Assembly: GCA_051362555.1 (NCBI GenBank)
Contig: CM120641.1
Location: forward strand, 39,686,401 to 39,750,400
From: Lingula anatina
Lineage: Eukaryota > Animalia > Brachiopoda
Length of the DNA: 64,000 nucleotides
Direction of reading: 5' to 3'
Position numbers and translations under genes: made by a program. Below are positions 52,801 through 64,000 of the stretch, in pieces; within the stretch, counting starts at the first letter, position 1; every line of letters begins with the position of its first letter. The notes beneath the pieces were generated by a model, which saw nothing but the letters and a program-made list of their open reading frames with translations, did not search any database and was not told the DNA's origin.

Positions 52801-54283
52801 ATCAGACCAACCTACAACATCATCTGCAGTGGTAGCAACATCTTCTGCTGCAGCAGCAGCAACATCTTCTGTTACATCAGCAGCAGCCACACCATCATCA
52901 ACTTCTGCTGTAGCAGTAGCAACATCTGTAACATCAGCAGTGGGGACATCTTCATCAGACCAGGCTTCAACATCATCTTCTGCAGTGGTAGCAACATCTT
53001 CTGCTGCAGCACTAGCAACATCTTCTTCTGAGCTGGTTTCAACATCTGCTTCAGCAGTAGCAACATTTTCATCCGAACAGGCTTCAACATCATCTGCTGC
53101 AGCAGCAGCAACATCTTTGGCTTCAACAGTAGCAACATCATCATTAGACCAACCTACAACATCTTCTGCTGCTGCAGCAGCAGCAACATCTTCTGTTACA
53201 TCAGCAGTAGACACATCTTTTTCTTATCAGGCTTCAACATCTTCTGCTGCAGCAGTAACAACTTCTGTAACATCAGCAGTAGCCACATCTTTATCTGGCC
53301 AGGTTTCAACATCTACTGCAGCAACAGCCACAGCTTCATCTGACCAGGCTTCAATGTCTTCTGCTGCAGCAATAGCAACATCTTCTGTTACAACGGCAGT
53401 AGCCACATCTTTATCTGACCAGGTTTCAACATCTGCTGGAGCAATAGCCACAGCTTCATCTGACCAACCTTCAACATCTTCTGTCACATCATCAGAAGCA
53501 ACATCTCCATCTGACCAGGTTTCTACATCTGCTGAAGCAGTAGTCACTTCTTCTGCTTCAGATGAAACATCTTCACCTGATCCTGCTTCAACATCATCTG
53601 CTGCAGTAATAGCAACATCTTCTACTTCAGCAGTGGCAACTTCTTCATCAGACCAGGCTTCAACATCATCTGTTTCAGCAGTAGCTGCATCTTCTGCTTC
53701 AGCTGTCGCAACATCTTCATCATACCAACCTTCAACATCTGCTGCAGCAGTAGCAACATCTTCATCTGACCAGACTTCAACATCTGTCACATCAGCAGCC
53801 ACAACTTCATATGGCCAGGTTTCAACATCGTCTACTTTAGCTGTAGCAACATCTGCTGCAATGACAGCAACATCTGTTGCAGCAGGAGCCATATCTTCAT
53901 CTGAACAGACTTTAACATCTGCTGAATCATCATCTAGCCAGGCTTCATCATATGCTGCAACAGTGGCCGCATCTTCATCAGACCAGGCTTCAACATCTTC
54001 TGTTGCAGCAGCAGTAGCAACAGCTTCATCTGACCAAACTTCAACTTCTTCTGCTGCAGGAGGAGCAACATCTCCATCAGACCAGGCTTCAATATCTTCT
54101 GTCACATCAGCCATAGAAACATCCTCGTCAGACCAGGCTTCAACATCATCTGCTGCAGCAGTAGCAACATCATCATCTGACCAGGTTTCAGCCTCTTCAG
54201 GAACTGCCACCATTTCTGGAGTTACAGACAGTGCAACAACTTCAGTCACAGAGAGTACTTCCTCACCATTATCATCAGTATGA
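41965..54283 (+). CDS. Type II membrane SEA-domain protein with a giant Ser/Ala/Thr mucin-like C-terminal ectodomain. Exons: 41965-41997, 46576-46700, 46930-47126, 47312-47401, 47633-47736, 47984-48051, 48355-54283
   Basis: All junctions are GT-AG with matching phases (0,2,1,1,0,2). Protein: MSWRARYEDFQ-WPRGLY..LPPTY..KSKKAK; TM VLVALAIIGVAIAIAMAGVGIYFA; S/T stalk; SEA-like YTPGLADNTSAEYINLSNEFC...CEVLGFQNGSVIVLF; then ~1900 aa of SSDQASTSSAAAVAT repeats. The first coding exon is the least certain. Confidence 0.82.
43438..43606. mobile_element. 169-bp foldback MITE with 9-bp target-site duplication (Mutator/MULE-like)
   Basis: ~77-bp near-perfect inverted arms TACCCTCTACCAGGGCGACTGATAGATTTTT... 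/ ...AAAAAATCTATCAGTCGCCCTGGTAGAGGGTA; direct repeat GGTTAAGTT at 43429-43437 and 43607-43615. Confidence 0.88.
46759..46817. repeat. (TG)n microsatellite in an intron
   Basis: Directly visible. Confidence 0.9.
48780..54200 (+). repeat. Coding tandem-repeat array of the mucin domain
   Basis: The core TCATCTGACCAGGCTTCAACATCT recurs throughout. Higher-order duplications: GCAGTGTTAACA at 50288, 50912 and 51599; three 69-nt units at 52671, 52740 and 52809. Confidence 0.92.
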
Positions 54284-56046
54284 AACTTCTTCTGCCACAT
54301 CATTAGCAATGGATGCAACAACCTCAGCATCAATGTTATCAGAAAGCACCATTACACCCTCAGGAAGTGAAGCAGTAACAAACACCGCTTTCACAGAAAC
54401 TGTATCTCTGTCATCAGAAACTAGTAGTTTTATGACAACACCAACAATCACATTAACTTCCACAGAGATGATGACAGCAACAGGCACGTCTTCTGCATCA
54501 GAATCATCATCTATTGGCCCATGATGTGCTGTGATTTGAGTTATTTATTATTTTTATAATTTAACTTTTGTTGTTGTTGTCTTAATTGCTACAGTAGATT
54601 TTAGTTATTAGATATTTTACCTATCCTTTAAATAAAAAATTTACAAGATGAAAACATTCTGAAATGAGACTCATCATCAGATGATCTTCACAATGTTTCA
54701 TGGGGCGGACTGATAGAATTTGTAATAATACCCTCGAAAAATATCTAAGAATTGAGACCTTCACTGTCACTAGATTTGATTAGTTATGTTTAAAGCAGAT
54801 TGCTGTTGTAATTAATTTAAGGGAAAATGTTAAAAACCCAAAACTATCTATAAAACTCTGTATATATTGTATATACAATTTGCAATTTTTTAAAATATAA
54901 ACCGAGATATAGTATTAGTACAATTATTAAGAAATAAGCTTGTTAAATAGTAGAAGTACCACGGGGCATATCTGGGCAGATCATATAAATTGAATTTCAG
55001 TCATATACTTTTTACAATTAAACAGACCTTATGTGCCCAAAATGTGCTATTTCTTAGAAAACAGTGTTCAAGTAAACAGTGAAAACTGTGGTGCTGGCTT
55101 GGTGATGTCAATTTTGAAATGGATATAACACTTGGCCAGACTTTTTTGTATTTCATAAATTCGAATATTAATTTTATATTAAAAATGATTCATGTTCTAG
55201 TTATGAAACAGTAGTTTGAATATAAAAAAATCTTTACTAATGAAATATATATATATTTTTGTAAAATAAAGTATGAAGCTATGAATTATCAGTATTGTGT
55301 CATCTGTTTTGACATAGATATAAATGGTTGTATGTCATTTCATGTGTTCTGATGAAAACAATGGTTCCTCTTGGATTCTCTTATATAGAAACCAGCAATG
55401 CAAAAACAGCAACTATTATATTTTCAGTATGTATCCACTTTATAAGTTAAGAATTTCACTCTTCAAATTTTTGCTGTTACAGTTATAAACAAAAAATTGC
55501 AATTTTACTATTTTTACTAAAGATTGGTGTTATTTAATTGGTATTACTCCACTTTCAGCTGTAATTGGCAAAACAATCACACATTAATTGACAGCTTTGA
55601 TTTATCAAAATATGCACACATTTCCTTGAGCTTAAACATAAAAACTGCGATAAAATGAAATTTAAAGTTACTTGAACAAATTAAAAAAAAAAAAATACAA
55701 GAAAATCATAAAAATTACTCAATTACTCTGCCCCCATTTAAATAAAACTATCAAATACATTGTAGTTACATTTCCACAATTATAAGACAAAATTTTTATA
55801 TCACATTATGTGTTTTGTGTATATTTTCACCTCACTGTCTACATGTATCTAGGAATTATAAAATACAACATGATTTACATTTGACAGTTCAATAATTATG
55901 ATATTTCGCTTGTGCAAGGTATACATTAATATAAATATTCATGATATTCACAAATTGGCAGATTCTCATAATCAATGCCTGTAATCATTACTAATGTTAT
56001 TCAATTCCATATACAAAGTTCTTCCCTGAAGACTGAGGCAATTTTT

Positions 56047-58437
56047 TCAAAATTTAGATTTTTTTTGAGGTGATTTAGACGATGACTTGGTTGGTGCTTC
56101 CTCTGTGACATTTGTCTTCTTTTTATCTATACGTTCATGTTCACTTTTCACAAGGGTTCTTAGCTCTTCCTAGTAAAATAAAAAAAAACAATTGATGTAA
56201 CATGTGCACTTAATATAAATAAAATACAAATATTTTTTGAAAATAATTATTTACTAACAAATTTTTTGGCAATCAAATAATATTCACAAGTCAACAGTAA
56301 TTAATACTAATATATGCTACAATCATCTTAAAATAATGAAACCAAAATCAGTAACTTACCCCCCAACCCAGCTGGTCAGCCAGCTCAAAACAGCCTTCAT
56401 CACAGGTAGTCTGTTTAAACACATCCCTGAAAAAGAACAAATTAAAACATCATTCACACAAGTTGTTAAACCATTTTCAAATTCTCATACATGCCTGCTT
56501 ATTGTGTTTGAGCTTCAGTGGAATTAAAATGAAATTTACCATGCCAATCACAAATATCAGTCAGAGCTGCTACTGAAACTCACAATCTGGATAACCTGAT
56601 GTATGGTACGTCAGTAATGAAGGCTCTCAACACTGTGTGATGTCATATAGGACAAGAAAATATGCATGAATCTGTGCAAAGTGGGGTTAACAACAAGGAT
56701 AAAACCATAAGCCCCGGGAATGCTGCCTAAGAAAGCAATACAAAAGTGACACACAAGCACAGTGAATTTAAAAGATTATAATTCAAAAGAACATAAAAGA
56801 AAACAGATTCTGGATGAGTCTCATTGGCATTTTTAGCTTCAATAAAATTTATTGCTGATTATTCGAATCCAATATGTGTGCTCATATGAAAGTTTGAAAG
56901 TAAAAAAGTAAAGAAGCTGGCACACAGAATACTAAAAGATGAAATGGAAGTGACCATACCTGTATTTACGTTCACTTTCGAAATCAAAATCTGTACCGAG
57001 TCCGAACAGTAACATAAATGGATCTCCCTGAAAAGGCAAAATAACATTAAAAGTTTAAAGGAACACATTCCAGCAGTTCACATTTTATTAAGCTGCCAAT
57101 TAATAACATACCTCATATAATATCATTAAGGATATAGCAAAGGTTTATTATTACTTACCCCAATTTTAAAAAAAGTTATTATCCAATATTTATCATAATA
57201 TGACCTTTTTTCTTTTTCTCTATAACGAATATACATTTATTAGTTAATTAGTTATATTTTAATGTTATCTTAGATGAGCATATAATGCATATAGTGATTT
57301 GCCATCTCCACATATGTACACTAATCATAATTCTCATAAACTAATAAACGTGTTTAAAAAAAAAAACTTACCCCACATGGTGGAGACTCTAGATTAATAA
57401 GTAATCTTGGACAACTAGGATCCACTCTGAAAAATGAATGCAATACTCTCTAGTGCTGAATTGTTTATATCAAAGGTATTTTTTATCTCAATTTAAAGTT
57501 GGAAACCAATATGTACTTGTTTATGTCATAACAAGTAGACAACTGTGATAATATTACCAGAAAAAAAATTACCTTGAGACCAGGGAAGCAAATGGCTGCA
57601 CCTTCAATGAGGTTCCCATGACAATCAGGAGATCACATTTAGGCAAATCCTATAGAGATTAATATGTAAAATATAGCCTGGCTAAAATATAATGTTGTTA
57701 TAGAATATTAAAATAATATTGTTATAGAATATTAAAAGATATGCAATTTACGGATCACAATTTACTAGCACTGTAAGTTTATTTGTAATTATGATATAAG
57801 TATGAATGGCTGGACAAAACTGATCTTTGATCAATAAAATTAAATGCACCATATATATCGTATAATATTAAATAAAATAGTTTATACCTTTCCAACCCTT
57901 TCAATAAACAAAGATGGTAGACTTTCACCGAAGAAAACAATATCTGAAAAGGGAAAAAGATTTACATATTTAGATTTACAAAGGACATTACCTTTTTGAT
58001 GAAAAAAAATGATCTTCTGTTAAAATATCAATATAAGTATATTTAGCTACCCCCAAAATGACCAACTTGGTCATAGAGGCATGAAATGTAGCCAAAATAA
58101 TGAACAATTACTGTCAACAAAAGCTGGAAGGAATATAACAAACCAACACATGTTGATGACAAAAAATGAATTTTAACAATGAACATGCTGCATTGTGAAG
58201 GAGATATATCTAATATACAATATGGAAGAAAAGATTACCTGGTTTCACAAGTCCATTACAGTCTTCCTTTTCACATGTTGGTACTGAGTCTTTGCCAGCA
58301 AAGATTTTCTCTAGAACATAGTGATAGTTTTGAGATTTGACATGTTGTGGGTAAATATTGGGTGTGTTTTAGTGAATTAGTCCCTATGTTGCATAAAAGT
58401 AAAAAAAAAGAATTACCCTTTCTATACCCTAGTTTCA

Positions 58438-58475
<38 letters not shown>

Positions 58476-61400
58476 CACACACAAACATGCATGCATGCAC
58501 ACGCACACACACTTAAAAACTTAAGTCAGTTTTTGGGCTAAGTTGACTAGGATTTCCATGAGAGTGTTGTAACACTGTTCCTGATAAGGTAAGACGTGCA
58601 CATGTGACCATGTAAAATTGGTAATCAAGTTCTTAGCCAGGTTATCTGACTTAAGTTTTCTGTGAAACCAAGGCCAGATACTCTCCAGTTCTTGCCTGGT
58701 GTTGTCAGAGTGAACAAGGTCAAGGTACACAGCCATGCACTTTCTGTCAAGCTTTCACAATTAGTATCAGTTTCATCCTATACAACAGTTAAGTTTTCCT
58801 AGATGCTTATATGAATGCTACCTTTAATCCATTCTTGGGAGTATTTCTGTCGACAGTCCACACAGTGTGATGTGGCAAATGTCCCATGAGCCTCCACCAA
58901 CTTCTCCTCCGGAACACCCGCCACACGCTCCAGTGTGTCGATGTTCTGCAAACAACAAAAATTAGACTTTCTTGAGTTTGCCATCAATGATAATCAACAG
59001 GGGCAGATCTTATATTAAACAATAATTGTATAATACTGACTATTGCATGGTCATAAAGGTAATTCACATCATCTACAATAAAAAAAATAGCATGAAACAA
59101 TCGAAAAAAAATTCCTCACCTGTGTGAATGCCCTCAAAAGAAGATCCTTTTCATGCAGCAGTCTCAAAAAATAATGGCATGGAGTTGGCTAGAATAAATA
59201 AATTCTTATTAGCAATGTGACCTTTAACCTTAAATAAAATTTAAACTAAATTTTTAACTTTAAATTATAAGTTAAGGTTAGATAAAATATCATCAAACTA
59301 ACTGAATAAATGAGGCTGTTTTACTAGCAGGTGTGTATTTTTGCTTTCTGTCACTGCCTCAGGATTCTAACAAACTACAAAACAGGTCAGCTTTTTCCTT
59401 TCCAAAAAATACATAAAACATTTTTTCAGAAATATAAAAATCTGACAGAACCTCTGCAAAATTTAAATAATATTTTAATAAAATTTAGTTCTACCTTGAA
59501 TGATCCTGGCCATAGTTCTCTGGCAAGTGTGAAGAAAGGAACTGGGTTTTCCTGCAAGAGAGTTGTGTTGATAGTTACTGGTAGGCAATCTTATCACATT
59601 ATTTAGAAAATATATCTAGTCAGTGAGAATTGTGTGGTCTGTATCTGAGTGTGAGTGTGTGCATGTGTATGAATGGCGTGTGATTATATGTGTGTTGAAT
59701 TTGGATATGCATCCAAACACATTTATTCATGCACACATAAAAGCATGCATGCATACACACACACACGCCTTTTAAGATGGTGTACATGCATGCATTAACA
59801 CTTGGACCTAAATAGAGAAGGACAAGAAACGCGGCATCTTCCTTTGAAGCTATGTGCGTTCGGGTAAACATTCGCCTATTGTCTCACATAATCTGTTTTG
59901 ATAGCTCCACGGGCGTCTGAACAGCTTATTATCAAGGTAGCGCGCGCTGTGCTTCAGTGCATTTCTATTGTTTCTCTGCATTGATAACGCAATTTCTCGC
60001 AGTCCCTCGTGGTTGCTATGATACAGCATTGCCGCCATCTTGCAGTTGCGAGCACACAGGTTTCCGTCAACACGTGGAAATTTATTGAGGGGTTTTCGGC
60101 ATTTTTCCCCGTTACCTCATAAAAACGGGGTGTGAAGTTTGTCTTCAATACCTGCTGCCTTTCCCTGTCCGTGAGGTAGTCTCTGACAGGACAGGAATAC
60201 GCACCCAACGACCGGAAATCTCATTCCTACATGTACCAGTAGCTGTGACACCCCGGAAGATCAATCAAATTTACACACGAACTGACTGCTGGTGAATCAG
60301 ACAAATTAAAAATGGACCTTTTTAGCATGTTTGTGAAATTATATATTACCATTAGGGGCCACTCATTTCGCAGACAGCTTAAAGAAAAGTACCAAGAATC
60401 TGTGTCTGCATCTACGAAAGAAAAAGGATTGAGAAAGTCTCTCAAAAGGAAGAGTAGAATTACAGCTTGAATTATTACTTAGATTTTCAACAAACAGACA
60501 GTATGATCTTGTGCATTTATAACATTTGGGTTTTTTCACTTAGCAATTAAGATCTTAATTAGAAATTTCATCTAGGTTTACATTAATTTTAATTAGTTAT
60601 TTAAGAGTCAGATTTGTCGTATTAGTTTGGTAGAAAATAATACACCAGGTACCAAAATATGGCTTTCTGTTTTCAGTAACTGAAAAGCAGTCGTAATTCA
60701 AGAACTTATTATAAGTATTTATAATATTTGTTTTTTTCATTCAGCAACTATCTTTCATTTATATTTCGCTTTATTTTTTCATTAAAAGTTACCCGTTTAC
60801 AATATGAGATTAATTTCACCAATACTGATCTTATGGTAATAAAAAATGCATATATTTGATATAAAAAATCTTCTTTTTATTTCTTTTCACTTCCTTTTTT
60901 TTTACACAACTTTAAATAATAAAAGATTTGACAAATAAGACGCATATCACTGCAAGAGGGTCAATGTCAAATGTGAGTATGAATTTTATCAGGATCAGAT
61001 TTTTTAAACCTGTAGTTAGTGTATTCTGAGGTAATTGAATATGCAATTTCAATCAAGCAAGAAAAAACTGTCTAAACATATAATCCATGTTTTTTACATT
61101 TGATTTTTTTTTCATTATAAGATAGGAAATATAAAACAACTTGAGTACATTCCAATATTTATTATTATAAAAGTAAACATTAAAATTTTTAAATGCTTGT
61201 TACAAAGCTAGTGATGATGAATATACAATACATGTGCAGTTTTCTTGTCTTGTCTCTTTTTGTGAAAGTCATGTTGGAGTTCTTTCCTATTTGTATCCAA
61301 GTAGTATTAACTTATTTATAAAAGGTATAAACTAATTTCTCATTGACCTATGTGAATTACTGTCCAAATGTTTAATTAGTGAGTCTCCTCTTGGGCAATG

Positions 61401-63680
61401 GTGCATTGTCCAATTTTAACTTTCCGGCATCTTGTGGAGAGAATCTGGAAGAGAATAAGAATGTTTTTATCACAAACTACTATAAATGACAATTGCCTTT
61501 TTTACTTCTACTTGGACATTTGAGCCACAGGTAAGCCTTATCAAATGCATCTCAAGATTCTACCTGTCAGGTAGATTTTCCCTCTAGTTAAATTTACTTC
61601 CCTTGTTAGGCATGGACTTTCTAGATCATTATCAGCCAGGTAACTAAGCCGTCTGGCCCTTTGATGATTTGATAAAGCCAGCTAGGTGCTATCCAAAGGC
61701 ATGTCTCAGGATTATTTCAAAGATTTCAAGCACCTGATAACAAGATAATGCAATGTAGCAAGGCAATTACAGAGGTGAGACTCTTATCACAAATGTGATC
61801 AAGATCTACTTTTATGACCATTACCCGAGTAAATATAATCATGAACTTTGCATGTGTACATGCCCACATATACACTTTCACTATAAGACCAATGAGGGTG
61901 TTTGTCAATCGTCTTTATTCTGTTTAGGGAATCCAATTTAAAAATGAAAAACTAATAATTATTATTCTCAAACTGGAGCAGACTTTAGCCGGTCATGTGA
62001 ATATACACATATACTTCAGAGTAGAGTTAATGTCAACTTTGATAAAAGGATATTAAAAGGCCCACAGGTGCGTTTTTTGTGTGTCACAATTGCATGGGTG
62101 GTGCCATATTGCAATGATAGCCCATATTAAGAGTTAAAAAAATAATAATTATCATTCTCAGACTTGAGCTGACTGGAGCCGGTAATGTGTAAATATATAT
62201 ATACTTTCGAGCAGTGTTAAAATGTCAACTTTGATAAAAGGATATTTAAAGAATCACAGTTGCGTTTTTGTGTGTAACAATTGCATGTGTGGTGTCATAT
62301 TGCTATGATAGCCCATATTGAGAGTCAAAAAAATAATAATTATCATTTTCAGACCAGAGCTGACTGTAGCCGGTAATGTGTAAATATATATATACTTTAG
62401 AGCAGTGTTAATGTCAACTTTGATAAAAGGATATTAAAAGGATCACAGGTGCGTTTTTGTGTGTCATAATTGCATGTGTTGTGCCATATTGCAATGATAG
62501 CCCATATTGAGAGTTATAAAAATAATAATTATCATTCTCAGACCGGAGCTGACTGTAGCCGGTAATGTGTAAATATATATATACTTCAGAGCAGTGTTAA
62601 TGTTAACTTTGATAAAAGGATATTAAAAGGATCACAGGTGCGTTTTTGTGTGTCACAATTGCATGTGTGGTGCCATGTTGCAACGAGAGCCCATATTAAG
62701 AGTTAAAAATGTTAATTATCATTCCCTAATTCGGGCTCACTTAAGCAAGTAACATAAACCTATACATATAGTACACAGCGGTGTTGATGCCACCTTTATC
62801 TAAACCGTACGTAAAAAATACCAGACCTAAAACGATGTCGGCGAGTCGAATAAATCGGAGAGGAATTGCGTCATTTCAATTCAAAACACGATTTGAGGTT
62901 AAATTATTGCCGCATCTATGGCTAATTCTTTACATAGAGGTAAAATTTCGAGACTAGAAATATTTTTCTATCGGATCATAGCTAAAGACAAGTATTCGAC
63001 ACCGCAGTTGTACAATTTTAAACACTCATTTTACGGCAACAAACACGATTGCCTTCACCATATTGGGCATTTTGAATTCCTCCATGAACAAACATACCTT
63101 ATTCTCATCTAGCATCCAAAATAGCAAAAGAAATTGTACTTACATTTTATCTCTATAAGTGTCTTGACTCATCCACCCGAACGTTTTCCTCGCGTTATCA
63201 CCAGCTACCTGTCCAAATGACACAAAAAGTCATCAACAGCCGCGATATGCTCGCTACCTGTACGGGAGGTCACGTGATCCGAACGCACATCGTTTCGCGA
63301 AGAGCTCGCGCTAAGCCGATTATCCTTTGATCTTTCTCCGCGTTACTTGTCCTTCTCTAGTTAGGTCCAAGATTAACATTTTTAGCTTAAAAGCTAAAAA
63401 ATTAAAGATTCTGAATCAATGTAATCTAGATAAAATAGATGATAATACAGGTGAAAAAAATTGATCTATGTCTATATAGACACTATGAAAAAAAGAAAAT
63501 GAATATATACTAAATGGAGGTTAATTTGTGTAAATAAAGACACAAACAATGCCTTTAATCTTAAATGCCTTACTTTGAAATAGCCTATTTCAAATATTGC
63601 TTGAGGTGATGGTAGATCATACTTCTGTAGGTTGTCATAAAGTCCTGTACCAGGACTACGAAAATCTGGAATCCCAGCAG
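56047..63680 (-). CDS. SIRT2: NAD-dependent deacetylase sirtuin-2 (5' exons beyond window). Exons (minus): 63680-63574, 59551-59495, 59188-59120, 58945-58822, 58310-58239, 57943-57888, 57649-57573, 57426-57372, 57027-56960, 56426-56360, 56169-56047
   Basis: [55 protein letters not shown], Zn CxxC...Cxxx[33 protein letters not shown], the SIRT2-specific insert [33 protein letters not shown]; all GT-AG and in frame. Confidence 0.95.
58436..58512. repeat. (CA)n microsatellite in a SIRT2 intron
   Basis: Directly visible. Confidence 0.9.
59799..63372. mobile_element. ~3.6-kb non-autonomous TIR DNA transposon with TTAA target-site duplication (piggyBac-like) in a SIRT2 intron
   Basis: Left TTAA|CACTTGGACCTAAATAGAGAAGGACAAGAAACGCGG; right CCGCGTTACTTGTCCTTCTCTAGTTAGGTCCAAGA|TTAA. 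The ~35-bp TIR has 2 internal mismatches. Ends are CpG-rich, unlike the host intron. No transposase ORF seen. Confidence 0.85.
61950..62800. repeat. Tandem array of ~189-bp units (4 copies plus a degenerate fifth) inside the transposon
   Basis: TTGATAAAAGGATA at 62039, 62231, 62420 and 62609 (periods 192, 189, 189). Confidence 0.93.
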
Positions 63681-64000
63681 CTGTAATTACAAAAATCTGG
63701 TGTTAAAACCCTGCTAATTTGTAGTTCAACAGATCAAGGTTATTTAAGACTATCTTAGCACCATTGGCACTCTTGTTGACAAAAGAAGAAATACATTTAT
63801 CAAAGCATCAGAGTTTGTCTTCTACCCATTCACTTAATCTAACAGATGCCAATACCCAATGTAAAAAATGCCTGGATCACATGAGAAGCTTACAAAATAT
63901 CCAAAATACTTCATTATCATGTTATTGAGCAGATAAATGTGTAATCTGCAAATCACCCCTTAGGTTTAAAGAGATATTATGCATCCGAAAAAAAATGATG

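Noticed and set aside
48520-54487. Long minus-strand ORFs (up to 906 aa, DVATAAAEDVEAWSDE and MLLLLQQ repeats)
   Set aside because: Antisense shadows of the repetitive TCA/GCA/ACA-rich mucin exon; no independent gene structure.
56595-56726. Possible extra SIRT2 exon (minus strand acceptor ttcttag)
   Set aside because: Stops in the relevant frames and no similarity to neighbouring exons.
61950-62800. Regular repeat array considered as CRISPR-like
   Set aside because: Whole units repeat with no unique spacers; eukaryotic intron context; no cas genes.

Overview
Eukaryotic, intron-rich, AT-rich invertebrate animal DNA (possibly lophotrochozoan; inference only). It holds four protein-coding genes. 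(1) The 3' part of a TET 5-methylcytosine dioxygenase (+, to stop at 10048). It has two tandem, intact 209-nt paralogous exons (4067-4275 and 4341-4549) that look mutually exclusive; the second is absent from the ORF track. (2) An ERG-type KCNH potassium channel (+, 14561-39266) with no PAS/eag domain and natural S620T/S631A/Y652S-equivalent residues. (3) A type II membrane protein with a SEA domain followed by a ~1900-aa Ser/Ala/Thr mucin-like C-terminal ectodomain (+, ~41965-54283); its mucin-like sequence continues in the +1 frame past the stop codon. (4) SIRT2 (-, 56047 to beyond the window end), ending in a PTS1-like -SKF. Non-coding features include a 3.6-kb TTAA-flanked non-autonomous DNA transposon with a ~189-bp tandem array inside a SIRT2 intron, several MITE/foldback elements, microsatellites, and sharp CpG-poor/CpG-rich domain switches suggestive of mosaic gene-body methylation. 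All gene models were built by eye from splice signals, frame and recalled family motifs; no database searches were run.
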